A stretch of 64,000 bases of DNA from an uncultured Elusimicrobiales bacterium (GTDB lineage Bacteria; Elusimicrobiota; Elusimicrobia; Elusimicrobiales; Elusimicrobiaceae). This document shows, piece by piece, positions 1 through 9,799 of the stretch. Within the stretch, counting starts at the first letter, position 1. Each line of letters opens with the position of its first letter. The position numbers were made by a program, and so were the translations under genes. A model generated the notes under the pieces. That model saw only the letters and a list, made by a program, of their open reading frames with translations. It had not been told where the DNA came from and ran no database searches. The stretch lies in assembly GCA_944326725.1 (NCBI GenBank), contig CALVFA010000012.1:1283-65282 (forward strand). The letters are read 5' to 3'.

Positions 1-465
1 CAGCACCGGCATGGTAAGCAGGAAAGCAAACATACGCGGAATAACCAAATATTGAATAGGATTGGTGCCCAAGGTGTAGAGTGCGTCCAGCTGTTCGGTT
101 ACCGCCATGGTGCCGATATGCGCCGTTACGGCAGCCCCGGCACGCCCGGCCACCACTACCCCCGTCAGCACGGGGCCCAATTCGCGGATTAGAGAGAACG
201 CCACAATCGTGCCTACATAAATTGGATCGCCAAAAATATTGCCTATTGTATTGCCCGCCTGCAGCGCCAGCACCATGCCGGTAAACAAACTGGTCAACGC
301 CGTTACGCCAAAAGACTCCACCCCCACGCTGACGCTTTGGCGCACAAACTGATCAAACTCAAAACGGGAACGCACCAGCCAAAAACAGGCCGCGCGCACC
401 ATATTGGCCGCGCCTCCGGTTTGGTCCATCCAACGGGTTACCATCGTTCCTATGGCAGTAAACAT
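1..465 (-). CDS. mlaE: MlaE-family ABC transporter permease (5' part; runs off the window)
   Basis: Manual translation from ATG at 465, abutting the alr stop: ...RELGPVLTGVVVAGRAGAAVTAHIGTMAVTEQLDALYTLGTNPIQYLVIPR, the MlaE signature. Confidence 0.9.
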   Translation of the reverse strand, partial: MFTAIGTMVTRWMDQTGGAANMVRAACFWLVRSRFEFDQFVRQSVSVGVESFGVTALTSLFTGMVLALQAGNTIGNIFGDPIYVGTIVAFSLIRELGPVLTGVVVAGRAGAAVTAHIGTMAVTEQLDALYTLGTNPIQYLVIPRMFAFLLTMPVL

Positions 466-1572
466 TTATTCTTTATAAAACCTCGGCACACGGGGCATTA
501 GAAGCGTAGTCAGCTCATAGTCAATGGTCCCCGCCAGTTCAGCCAGCTCGTCGGCACGGATTTGCTGCCCCTGCTGACGGCCAATCAGCACCACTTCGTC
601 GCCTACACGCGCCTGCGGCACGGCAGACACGTCCACCATCGTCATATCCATGGTGATATTGCCCAGCACGCGGCAGCGTTGGCCGCGGATTAACACCTCG
701 GCCTTGTTAGACAAAGCGCGCAAATAGCCGTCCCCATATCCTACGGCCACAGTAGCCACCTTCATCGCGCCAGGCGCAATAAAGCTGCGGTTATAGCTAA
801 TGCTGGCCCCCGCCGCTACGTCTTTGGCAAATACGATGCGGCTTTTAAAAGATAGCACCGGCTCAAATCCTTCTGAGAGGCCAAAAGCACTGTGCCCCGC
901 CCGCACCATATCACAGTAAGAATCCGGGCGCAAATCTATCGCCGGGGAAGCCGCCATATGGCAAAGCTGCACCGGTATTTTGTGCAGGCGCACATTGGTC
1001 ATGGTATCGCGGAAATAGCCTATTTGCTCTTCGGTGTAAGCCGGGTCGCTCTCTACGCTGGACAAATGGGTAAACAACCCCTCCAGCTCAATGAATTCAT
1101 CTCCGTTTAGCTCATGGATAATATGCATGACCCCGCCGCGGCGCGTGCCGATGCGGCCCATGCCGCTGTCTTGCTTGACGTGGCAGCGGGCTTTTTTGCC
1201 CAGTTTACGCGCGATTTGCTTAATCGCTTTCGCCGCTTCCAGGCTGGCCACCGCTACGGACAAATCATATTTAATGGCATATTCAAACGCTTCAAACGGA
1301 TAAAGGCTGCCCAATACCAAAACAGGCCGCGTCACTCCGGCGCGGCGCAACAAAATGCCCTCCTCCACCGAAGCCGCCCCCAAAAAATCACACAGTTTAT
1401 GCTGCTGGGCATAAAGCGCCAGCCGCTCCGCCCCATGCCCGTAGGCATTGGCTTTTACCACGGCTAAAAGCTTGACTTCCGGGCCCACTTTGGCGCGGAT
1501 TTTCTGCAAGTTGCGCCCGTAGGCGCCTAAATCTATTTCTGCCCACGTAGGGCGAAGAAAAGGGATTTCCAC
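466..1572 (-). CDS. alr: Alanine racemase
   Basis: AVVKANAYGHG PLP-lysine motif, KQDSGMGRIG, GYGDGY, G-x-I-x-MD. Confidence 0.96.
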   Translation of the reverse strand: MEIPFLRPTWAEIDLGAYGRNLQKIRAKVGPEVKLLAVVKANAYGHGAERLALYAQQHKLCDFLGAASVEEGILLRRAGVTRPVLVLGSLYPFEAFEYAIKYDLSVAVASLEAAKAIKQIARKLGKKARCHVKQDSGMGRIGTRRGGVMHIIHELNGDEFIELEGLFTHLSSVESDPAYTEEQIGYFRDTMTNVRLHKIPVQLCHMAASPAIDLRPDSYCDMVRAGHSAFGLSEGFEPVLSFKSRIVFAKDVAAGASISYNRSFIAPGAMKVATVAVGYGDGYLRALSNKAEVLIRGQRCRVLGNITMDMTMVDVSAVPQARVGDEVVLIGRQQGQQIRADELAELAGTIDYELTTLLMPRVPRFYKE

Positions 1573-1574
1573 AT

Positions 1575-2981
1575 TTACTCCGGCAACACCATCACCCCGG
1601 CTTCCGCCGGGCCCATCGCTTCCGGTTCCGGAGCGGGGTTGGTGAAAAGGGTGTATTCGCTGATAAAGTTCAAATCTATATCCCCCACGGGGCCGTTGCG
1701 CTGTTTGGCAATAATCAGCGTGGCCTTGCGTTTGAGGCTTTCATCGTCGCGTTTATAATACCCGTCGCGGTGGATAAGGGCCACCAGGTCGGCGTCCTGC
1801 TCAATGGAGCCGGACTCGCGCAAGTCGGAAAGCTGGGGCTTGTTGTCCACGCGGGATTTATCTTCATTTTTACGGCTCAGCTGCGACAGCGCCAACACCG
1901 GCACCTGCAAATTGCGCGCCAACTCTTTAAGCATGCGGGAAATTTCAGACACTTCCTGCTGGCGGCTTTCGGCCCGGCCCGAAGAACGGATAAGCTGCAA
2001 ATAGTCTATGATAATCAGCCCCAGCGTTTTGCCTTGTTTGGACAGTTCATTGGCCAAGCGGCGCGAACGCATGCGGATTTCCGTAATCGTAATACCCGGC
2101 GTATCGTCAATAAACATCGGGGCTTCCGCCAAACGCGCCAGCTCCCGCGTCAAGTCTTTCCATTTGCTGCGCGGGAAATACCCGTTGCGCACCTGGTGCA
2201 GCTCAGCCATAGCCGCAGAGCAAAGCATGCGTTCATAAATGGAGTGGCGGCCCATCTCTAAAGAGAAAATAGCCGTCGGCACCCCGCAGTTTACGCAGGC
2301 ATGGTGGGCAATGTTTAAGGCTAAGGCCGTTTTGCCCTGGCTGGGGCGCGCACCTAAAATAATAAGGTCAGATTTACGAAAACCGCCCGTTTTATAATCA
2401 AACTCGCTAAAGCCGGTCGGCACCCCTTTGACGGGGTTTTTGTCCAGGTGGGCCTTTTCTATCATTTCCATCACTTCCACCGCCAAATCTTTAGAGGCCA
2501 CAAACCCTTTTAAATCCTGCTTTTGGCTGAGTTTAAAAATTTGCTCCTGGGCTATATCAATCAGCTTTTCCGGCTCTTCCTCTTCCTTATAGCACTCCTG
2601 TACCAGGCTGGTAGCCGTACGGATTAAATCGCGCACCAAGAATTTTTTATAGACGATGTTGGCATAGTGCTCCACATGGGCGGCGGTGGACACTTTGTTA
2701 ATCAAATCGGCCAAGTACAGCTCTCCCCCCACCTGCAACAACAAATTTTGGGTTTTCAGCTCTTCGGTCAGGGTTACCAAATCTACGGCCTGGTTTTTTT
2801 CCGCCAGGGTTTTCATGGCGGCAAAAATCTTTTTGTGGGCGTCTTTATAGAAATGCTCCGGCTTTAAAATATCCAAAGCGCGCGCCACCGCATCACCTTC
2901 CATCAGCATAGAACCCAAAACAGCCATTTCAGCGTCTAATGCTTGGGGCGGTATTTTCTCTTCCAACAAATTGCTTGCCAT
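1575..2981 (-). CDS. dnaB: Replicative DNA helicase
   Basis: PPQALDAEMAVLG N-terminus, GARPSQGKT Walker A, IIIDYLQL, SDLRESGSIEQDAD, KQRNGP. Confidence 0.97.
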   Translation of the reverse strand: MASNLLEEKIPPQALDAEMAVLGSMLMEGDAVARALDILKPEHFYKDAHKKIFAAMKTLAEKNQAVDLVTLTEELKTQNLLLQVGGELYLADLINKVSTAAHVEHYANIVYKKFLVRDLIRTATSLVQECYKEEEEPEKLIDIAQEQIFKLSQKQDLKGFVASKDLAVEVMEMIEKAHLDKNPVKGVPTGFSEFDYKTGGFRKSDLIILGARPSQGKTALALNIAHHACVNCGVPTAIFSLEMGRHSIYERMLCSAAMAELHQVRNGYFPRSKWKDLTRELARLAEAPMFIDDTPGITITEIRMRSRRLANELSKQGKTLGLIIIDYLQLIRSSGRAESRQQEVSEISRMLKELARNLQVPVLALSQLSRKNEDKSRVDNKPQLSDLRESGSIEQDADLVALIHRDGYYKRDDESLKRKATLIIAKQRNGPVGDIDLNFISEYTLFTNPAPEPEAMGPAEAGVMVLPE

Positions 2982-3231
2982 ATAAACCTCTTACAGCGAA
3001 AAATAACCGGGCTCCCGCACCAGCGGGCGCCTTTTTATTTATTGTAGCAATTTTAGGCAAAACGCGGGGGTGGTGTTTGTCCGTCTATTATATTATCGTT
3101 TTCCTGCGATAAAAAGCAGCGTTGGTTTTGCTTAGCCTATTCACATAGTTGGTTTTTTTAGCTTTATCTACAAAGACCTTATCCAGCAAAGCAAATCTAA
3201 CTGCCAAAGGGGCAAAAGGGAATGTTTTGTG

Positions 3232-3680
3232 ACGGGACCTAGCCTCCGGTGTCGTTTTGATATCTTTTGCCCGAGCCAAAGAAGCCGCCTTTGGTGGCAG
3301 ACTTTGGCCTTCCGCATTGTTTTGAGCATTTGTGCCCAGGCCTATAGAGTTGCCCTCAGTCCCGGGCCTTAGCTCGGTGTTGCGTGTCGTTTTGGCATTT
3401 TTTACCCGGGCCCAGGCTAGGCCTTAGCGCGGCGTTTTAATATCTTTTGCCTGAGCCTAGAAGCTGCCTTTTTTGCCGGGCCTTAGCCTTCCGCGCCTTT
3501 TTGGCATTTCGTGCCCAGGCCGAGGGAACTACCTTTGGGGCCAAGCCCTAGTGTCCCACGTTGTTTTAACATTTCTTGCCCGGGTCTATGGAGCCGCCCT
3601 CGGTACCGGGCTTTAACGCGGCGTTTTGATATCTTTTGCCCGGACCGAAGAAGCCGCCTTTTTTACCGAGCCCTAGCGTT
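3232..3680. repeat. Degenerate non-coding tandem repeat, 7 units of 45-70 bp
   Basis: Core like YGTTTTRRYATYTYKTGCCC recurs at 3253, 3318, 3388, 3433, 3497, 3562, 3622, usually followed by AGAAGCCGCC-like and CCGGGCCTTAGC-like blocks. Confidence 0.75.
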
Positions 3681-3822
3681 CCCCCACCAACAACAATGGG
3701 AAACAGCGATCCTTCTTTTGCATATTAGTTTAAAGAAGCTGTTTTTTCTGCGTTGGGGATTTAGCCGGTTTTGTTTTGGCGCTTGCCCTTGTGCCGGAGC
3801 GGTTATTTTATATAATAGGTGC

Positions 3823-4158
3823 ATGGACTGCATATTCTGTGGTATTGTACGCGGGGAAATCAAAAGCCAAATCATCTATGAAAACGATGACGTGGTGGCG
3901 TTTAAGGATTTAAATCCGCAGGCGCCCACCCACCTCTTGATTATCCCCAAGAAGCACATCAGCCGCTTGGACCAAGCCCAAGACGGCGACGCCGAATTGC
4001 TGGGCAAGGTATTGTTGGCCGCCCGCGATTTGGCCAAAAAATATGATTTAAAGGATTTCCGCCTGGTTACCAACAACGGCAAAGGCGCAGGCCAAAGCGT
4101 GGACCATCTGCACTTCCACCTGATGGCCGGGCGGCGCTTTCTGTGGCCGGCAGGCTGA
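3823..4158 (+). CDS. hinT: HIT-family (histidine triad) nucleotide-binding protein
   Basis: MDCIFCGIV start and GQSVDHLHFHL triad; true start is ATG 3823, not 3511. Confidence 0.93.
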   Translation: MDCIFCGIVRGEIKSQIIYENDDVVAFKDLNPQAPTHLLIIPKKHISRLDQAQDGDAELLGKVLLAARDLAKKYDLKDFRLVTNNGKGAGQSVDHLHFHLMAGRRFLWPAG

Positions 4159-4170
4159 TTTCTCTATACA

Positions 4171-4199
4171 AAGCCCGGGCTCAAAAGCCCGGGTTTTTC
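4171..4199 (+). terminator. Intrinsic terminator after HIT gene
   Basis: GCCCGGGCT-caaa-AGCCCGGGT followed by T run. Confidence 0.7.
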
Positions 4200-4662
4200 T
4201 TGTATTCTAAATCCCCGCTTAAACCGAGGATATTTATTGCCGCTTTGCCTGGTATTTTTTTAAACTTTCCCGCTTTTTCCGGCCCGACGCTTTTTGCTTT
4301 TTACAACCTCTTTGAAACTACCGTTTAATAGAAAACAAAAAAAGCTTTTTACGCAAACAACCGCACCGGAAAGAGCGGTTATTTTTCTAATAAAATTATA
4401 CACAGCCGTTTGTTTTTAAATTGCGTGCCGAGTGCGGTTGTCCTCTTGGTAAAATAATACACTATTACGTACTTTTTAGCCGCGGGCTCAGCGCTATCGT
4501 TCCCCTGATAAAATTACAACAGCTTGCGCTAGTTGTAAGCTTTACTCCGTCAAAACAAACCAGCCCGACACCAAACGCTTTGGGCAAAACACAGGAGGCC
4601 GTTCCATAAAACCTTACCCGTTTTAGACCGCACACAAGCCCTTTACCGCGCCACAAAAAACC

Positions 4663-5301
4663 CTATTTACGTTTCAGCTGGGCGCACAGCTCCGCCAAGC
4701 CCGAAGCGATATCTTCCTGCTGCACCGCCACATCGGGCGGCACCGCCAGCTTGACCGGGGCAAAATTCCAAATCGCTTTAATACCGCAAGCCACCAGCGT
4801 ATCGGTTATCCCCTGGGCGGCGGGCCCGGGCACGGTCAGCACGGCGATTTTTAATTTTTTCTCTTCTATCACACTTTTTAACTGCGCGGTATGATACACA
4901 TGCACGCCGTGTATTTCATTCCCCACCCGCTCCGGGTGCGTGTCAAAAGCCGCCACGATTTCAAGCCCGTGGTTTTTAAAGCCGGAAAAGCCCAACAGCG
5001 CCGCACCCAAATGCCCGGCACCTACTAAAAAAGCTTTATTTAAATTGTCCCAGCCCAAAAAATTCTCAATCGCGCTAATAGTCCCTTTTATCTTAAACCC
5101 CGCCCGCATTTTGCTGGGGGCGCCTATGGCCTGCAAATCTTTTTTAATCACAATCGGGGGCACTTGCGTTTCCTGCGCCAGCTCGGTGGAAGAGGCCAGC
5201 TCCCGCCCGTAGCCGTGCCAGTCATACAGCACGCGCAAATACTGCGGCAGGCGGCGTATAGTCTGCACGCTAATGCTTTTTTTCTTAGAAAAAAGACCCA
5301 T
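4663..5301 (-). CDS. rex: Redox-sensing transcriptional repressor Rex
   Basis: RRLPQYLR, SSTELA wHTH, VGAGHLG Rossmann fold, AVLTVP, GIKAIWNFAP. Confidence 0.93.
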   Translation of the reverse strand: MGLFSKKKSISVQTIRRLPQYLRVLYDWHGYGRELASSTELAQETQVPPIVIKKDLQAIGAPSKMRAGFKIKGTISAIENFLGWDNLNKAFLVGAGHLGAALLGFSGFKNHGLEIVAAFDTHPERVGNEIHGVHVYHTAQLKSVIEEKKLKIAVLTVPGPAAQGITDTLVACGIKAIWNFAPVKLAVPPDVAVQQEDIASGLAELCAQLKRK

Positions 5302-5327
5302 AATTCAAATCCCCCGTCAGAGAATAC

Positions 5328-5375
5328 TGGATATTTCAATATCCATATAATAAACTTTTCTGTTTTTTTTGTCAA
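5328..5375 (-). promoter_or_regulatory. rex promoter with 18-bp palindromic operator
   Basis: Minus strand TTGACA (5375-5370), 17 bp, TATTAT (5352-5347); perfect palindrome TGGATAT-TTCA-ATATCCA at 5328-5345. Confidence 0.75.
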
Positions 5376-5404
5376 GTCTGCTATTTTTTATTTTAGACGG
5401 CATA

Positions 5405-5452
5405 TTGACAGATGTTTGCAAAACAGCTATCATATGGATATAAAAATATCTA
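5405..5452 (+). promoter_or_regulatory. adhE promoter with 18-bp palindromic operator
   Basis: TTGACA (5405-5410), 17 bp, TATCAT (5428-5433); TGGATAT-AAAA-ATATCTA at 5435-5452. Confidence 0.75.
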
Positions 5453-5493
5453 CATCTTGTTTTGCCAAAGATATTTTGAAAAGGAGAACAGTT

Positions 5494-8139
5494 ATGGCGG
5501 ACAAAAAAACCAAAGCGCCGGCCGTGGCCACCCCCGAAGAGTTGGCCCACCTGGACCAAATTGTGGAAAAGGTAAAAAAGGCCCAGCGCATTTATGCCAA
5601 CTATACGCAGGAACAGGTAGACAAAATTTTCCGCGCCGCAGCCATCGCCGCGGCACAGAACCGCATTCCGCTGGCTAAAATGGCCGTGGCGGAAACGCGC
5701 ATGGGTGTAATGGAAGACAAAGTAATTAAGAACCAATTCTCTTCCGAATACATTTATAACCAATATAAAGACACCAAAACCTGCGGTGTTTTGTCAGATG
5801 ACGACTCCTTTGGTTACCGCCAGGTGGCAGAGCCTATCGGTTTGATTGCTGGCGTTATTCCGACCACCAACCCGACCTCTACGGCTATTTTCAAAAGTTT
5901 GCTGGCCTTGAAAACACGCAACGGCATTATTTTCTCTCCGCATCCGCGCGCCAAAGAATGCACCATTGAAGCGGCCCGCATCGTACTCAACGCCGCGGTA
6001 GAAGCCGGTGCGCCGGAAGGCATTATTGGCTGGATAGACAACCCGACTATGCCGCTCTCCAACGCGCTGATGCACCACAAAGACATTAACCTTATTTTAG
6101 CCACCGGTGGCCCGGGCATGGTGAAAGCGGCCTACTCTTCCGGCAAGCCGGCCATTGGCGTAGGCGCGGGCAACACCCCGGTAGTCATTGACGCCACCGC
6201 CAATATTAAAATGGCCGTCAGCTCCGTTATTATGAGCAAAACCTTTGACAACGGCACCATCTGCGCCAGCGAACAGTCCGTCATTGTAGAAGACGCGATC
6301 TATGACAAAGTCAAACAGGAATTTATTGACCGCGGCTGCCACTTTGTTACCGGCAAAGACCGCAAAAAATTGGGCGACACTATTGTGAAAGACGGCAAGC
6401 TCAACTCCGCCATCGCCGGACAAAGCGCCGAAACCATTGCCGAAATGGCAGGCATTAAAGTGCCCGCTGACACCAAAATTTTAATTGCCGAAGCGGAAAA
6501 AGTGAGCGACGACGAGCCCTTCGCCCGCGAAAAACTTTCCCCGGTGCTGGCGTTCTACCGCGCCAAAGATTTTGACCACGCCGTGCAGCTGGCGCGCGAT
6601 TTAATTCTCTACGGCGGCGCAGGCCACACCTCCGTGCTCTACACCGATGAAGCCAACGAAGCGCATATTGATATCTTTAAAGATATGCCCACCGCCCGCA
6701 CCTTGATTAACATGCCTTCTTCCCAGGGCGCTATCGGCGACGTGTATAACTTCAAACTGGCGCCGTCACTCACGTTGGGCTGCGGCTCTTGGGGCGGCAA
6801 CTCAGTCAGCGAAAATATCGGAGTCAAACACCTTATGAACGTAAAATCCGTCGCGGAACGCCGCGAAAACATGTACTGGTATAAAGTACCTTCCAAAATC
6901 TACTTCAAACGCGGTGCGCTGGAACAGGCCCTGGCAGAACTGGCAGGTAAACAGCGGGCTTATATTATTACCGATAAGACGATGGAACAGCTGGGCCATG
7001 TGCGCGCGGTAGCGGAAGTGCTGGAAAGCATTGGCATTAAATTCCGCGTGTTCTCCAACGTAATCCCGGACCCGAATATTGAAAACGTAACCGAAGCGCT
7101 GACCATTGCTAACTCTTGGCAGCCTGACGTAATTATCGGTTTGGGCGGCGGTTCTGCCATGGACGAGGCCAAAATGGTATGGCTGATGTATGAAAATCCC
7201 GACACCAGCTTTGAAGATATCGCCATGCGCTTTATGGATATCCGCAAACGCATTTATGCGGCTCCTCCGCTGGGTAAAAAAGCCGTCATGGTGGCTATCC
7301 CTACCACGTCCGGCACCGGCTCTGAAGTCACGCCGTTTACCATTATTACCGATGAAAAAACCGGCACCAAATACGCCATTACCGACTATGCGTTAACCCC
7401 GGATATGGCTATCATTGACCCGGAATTTGTGCTGGGTATGCCCAAAGGTCTGACCGCTTACAGCGGCTTGGACGTGCTGACCCACGCCATTGAGGCCTAC
7501 ACCTCTGTATTTGCCACCAACTTTACAGACGGTCAAGCCTTGGAAGCCATGCGCTTGGTGTTTAAATACTTAAAGAGCTCTTACGACAAAGGCGCGCAGG
7601 ACATCAACGCCCGCGAAAAAATGCACTACGCTGCCACCATTGCCGGTATGGCTTTCGCCAACGCTTTCTTGGGCTTGTGCCACTCTATGGCCCACAAACT
7701 GGGCGCCATGTACCACGTGCCGCACGGGTTGGCCAATGCGCTGCTGCTTACCTATGTCATTGAGTTCAACGCCACCGACAAACCCACCAAACAGGGCTTG
7801 TACCCGCAGTACAAATACCCGTTTGTGCGCGGCCGCTACGCCAAAATTGTGGACTTCCTGCTGCCCAACAATGATATGGGCGACGATAAGGACACCAAAG
7901 TGCAGAAGCTCATTGAGATGATTACCCAACTGAAAAATGAGCTCAATATTCCCAAATCCATTAAGGAATATGGCATTCCCGAACAGGAATTCTTGGCAAA
8001 CTTGGACAAGCTGTCCGAACTGGCCTTTGACGACCAGTGCACCGGCGGCAACGCCCGCTACCCGCTGGTAAGCGAAATCAAAGAGCTGTACCTGAAAGCT
8101 TACTACGGCGAGCCGGTCAAACACAAAAGAAGCAAATAA
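5494..8139 (+). CDS. adhE: Bifunctional acetaldehyde-CoA/alcohol dehydrogenase
   Basis: IPTTNPTST, ATGGPGMVKAAYSSGKPAIGVGAGN, DNGTICASEQ, GGGSAMD, TTSGTGSE, HSMAH; SD AAGGAG before ATG 5494. Confidence 0.97.
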   Translation: MADKKTKAPAVATPEELAHLDQIVEKVKKAQRIYANYTQEQVDKIFRAAAIAAAQNRIPLAKMAVAETRMGVMEDKVIKNQFSSEYIYNQYKDTKTCGVLSDDDSFGYRQVAEPIGLIAGVIPTTNPTSTAIFKSLLALKTRNGIIFSPHPRAKECTIEAARIVLNAAVEAGAPEGIIGWIDNPTMPLSNALMHHKDINLILATGGPGMVKAAYSSGKPAIGVGAGNTPVVIDATANIKMAVSSVIMSKTFDNGTICASEQSVIVEDAIYDKVKQEFIDRGCHFVTGKDRKKLGDTIVKDGKLNSAIAGQSAETIAEMAGIKVPADTKILIAEAEKVSDDEPFAREKLSPVLAFYRAKDFDHAVQLARDLILYGGAGHTSVLYTDEANEAHIDIFKDMPTARTLINMPSSQGAIGDVYNFKLAPSLTLGCGSWGGNSVSENIGVKHLMNVKSVAERRENMYWYKVPSKIYFKRGALEQALAELAGKQRAYIITDKTMEQLGHVRAVAEVLESIGIKFRVFSNVIPDPNIENVTEALTIANSWQPDVIIGLGGGSAMDEAKMVWLMYENPDTSFEDIAMRFMDIRKRIYAAPPLGKKAVMVAIPTTSGTGSEVTPFTIITDEKTGTKYAITDYALTPDMAIIDPEFVLGMPKGLTAYSGLDVLTHAIEAYTSVFATNFTDGQALEAMRLVFKYLKSSYDKGAQDINAREKMHYAATIAGMAFANAFLGLCHSMAHKLGAMYHVPHGLANALLLTYVIEFNATDKPTKQGLYPQYKYPFVRGRYAKIVDFLLPNNDMGDDKDTKVQKLIEMITQLKNELNIPKSIKEYGIPEQEFLANLDKLSELAFDDQCTGGNARYPLVSEIKELYLKAYYGEPVKHKRSK

Positions 8140-8150
8140 GTTCTTAAATA

Positions 8151-8180
8151 AAAAACCCCGCTCCAAAGAGCGGGGTTTTT
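8151..8180. terminator. Bidirectional intrinsic terminator between adhE and pilin 1
   Basis: AAAAACCCCGCTC-caaa-GAGCGGGGTTTTT. Confidence 0.85.
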
Positions 8181-8195
8181 ATCCTCTTCAAAAGA

Positions 8196-8795
8196 TTACT
8201 TATAGGCAGGGTCTATGGACAAAAAATCCCCTCTGGGATAGGCCTGGGGATTTGCATTGCCTATCAAACAACCAAACCCATCATAAAAGAAAATTCTACC
8301 TACCGTCTGATGTCCGCATAACGAGATGCACGTGTCGAGGGCCAGTCCTTCAGTTCCCATACAACCAATTTCATGAGATAAATTGCCATACATACGGGAC
8401 CCTGTCAACATTTTGGCTAATGAAACGCGTTGAGAAGTATCAGTAAGTTTAAATTGCAGCAGAACAGAAGAATAATAAGCGGAATTAGTCAAAGATATGG
8501 TAGAAAAAGCATTTTTATCTTTTTCTAATAATTTGGGCAAATCTATATCCAAATATTGTGCAATATCTTCCACATTAGAAGCGGAGGCAGGATAGGTGCC
8601 GTTGGCCATAAAATAACGCTCTTCTGCTTCGGCCCAAGCTTTTAAAACAGGCAAATAGGTACTTACTCGGGTCTTTGCCACAATTTTCTGATATTGCGGC
8701 AACGCAAACGCTGCCAAAATACCCATAATCAATACTACTACTAACAGTTCAATAAGCGTAAACCCGTCTATTTGACGTTCTAACAGCATTTTCAT
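8196..8795 (-). CDS. PilE-like type IV pilin (pilin 1)
   Basis: G|FTLIELLVVVLIMGILAAFALPQYQK prepilin motif, EERYFMANGTY, C-terminal Cys residues. Confidence 0.92.
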   Translation of the reverse strand: MKMLLERQIDGFTLIELLVVVLIMGILAAFALPQYQKIVAKTRVSTYLPVLKAWAEAEERYFMANGTYPASASNVEDIAQYLDIDLPKLLEKDKNAFSTISLTNSAYYSSVLLQFKLTDTSQRVSLAKMLTGSRMYGNLSHEIGCMGTEGLALDTCISLCGHQTVGRIFFYDGFGCLIGNANPQAYPRGDFLSIDPAYK

Positions 8796-8807
8796 TTTGG
8801 GGACCTC

Positions 8808-8862
8808 TTTTGATAAATTTTATCTTCCGATAAAATTTATCAAAAAAAAAAAACAAAGCAAG
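8808..8862 (-). promoter_or_regulatory. Pilin 1 poly-T spacer promoter (T13, 17-bp spacer) with 17-bp palindrome
   Basis: Minus strand TTGCTT-tg-T13-ga-TAAATT; inverted repeat 8808-8824/8829-8845. Confidence 0.75.
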
Positions 8863-8987
8863 CCCTTTCTAAATCTATTGGGCAGCATTTTTTTGGTTTT
8901 CTACTTTCTAGCAAAATGTACGCATTTTGTATTGCCAAGCAAACCAGTTTTTGTATAATAAAGTATCTTCGTATGTACGGAGCTGTT

Positions 8988-9761
8988 ATGAAAAAATTAT
9001 TTTCTTTTTTTGTATTGTCCGCGGCCGCGGCCCCGTTGCTGGCGGCAGTTTCTACCTGTGAAACCCGTGTAGACAAACACCAAGACGCTTCCACCGCCCA
9101 GCGCGTAGAGTATTGCTTGACGGAAGAACCGCAGGAAATAGATGAAACTCCGGTAACGGAAGTAGTTCTCTCCGACGTCTATTCCGTGCAATATCCTAAA
9201 CAAAAGACAAAACAAACGGCCTCTCAGCAGCAAGAAACAAAAACATATACCCGACAGCCGATTTCTATGGAATATTTGGACCGCAACGATTATCCGGCCT
9301 TTCGCAATGATATTTTGCCGCGTCTGAATGATGACACCGCGCATGCCACCGCTTTGGAAGCGCTGGGAGCTCCTCAAAAAACCTCTGAAAAAAAGGGTTC
9401 CAAAAGTTTAACCAAACCGGCCCGGCAGATGAAAGCCGCCCCGGTACAGCCAGAAACGCCTGAGCAGGCAGATTCCGCTTTACTGTCTGGCACGCAGTCT
9501 GCCCCAGCGGCCCCAACTTATATGGACACGAATGCGGCGGCTTATCCGGCTTATTCCGTACCGCCCCAATCCCAGCAGCAGGCGCAGGTCACTAATCAAG
9601 CCTCGGCCGCCCAAATACAGCAGGCCCAAGCCTTGCAAAATGACCCTCTGTACCAAAATAATACGGCAAATGGCGCAGCTCCTGCCGGATTTACCGACGG
9701 AGGCGTTATGGGCCCCAGTGGTTTTGGCTACAATGCCACAGACCCGGCTTTTCAACCGTAA
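8988..9761 (+). CDS. Secreted hypothetical protein, Gln/Ala/Pro-rich C-terminus
   Basis: Signal peptide MKKLFSFFVLSAAAAPLLA; long ORF with low-complexity tail. Confidence 0.75.
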   Translation: MKKLFSFFVLSAAAAPLLAAVSTCETRVDKHQDASTAQRVEYCLTEEPQEIDETPVTEVVLSDVYSVQYPKQKTKQTASQQQETKTYTRQPISMEYLDRNDYPAFRNDILPRLNDDTAHATALEALGAPQKTSEKKGSKSLTKPARQMKAAPVQPETPEQADSALLSGTQSAPAAPTYMDTNAAAYPAYSVPPQSQQQAQVTNQASAAQIQQAQALQNDPLYQNNTANGAAPAGFTDGGVMGPSGFGYNATDPAFQP

Positions 9762-9799
9762 AACATTGACAAGCCGGTCTTAGAGGATTAGAATAAATT

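Noticed and set aside
3232-3680. CRISPR array
   Set aside because: No invariant repeat, the would-be spacers are homologous to one another, and there are no cas genes in the window.
5164-5493. N-terminal extension of AdhE in the ORF track
   Set aside because: Overlaps rex and both promoters; SD and homology point to ATG 5494. Similar over-extensions were trimmed for HIT, vsr, DUF362 and pilin 5.
8808-8854. Pilin-upstream palindromes as intrinsic terminators
   Set aside because: Stems are AT-rich and the T run precedes rather than follows the hairpin on the coding strand.
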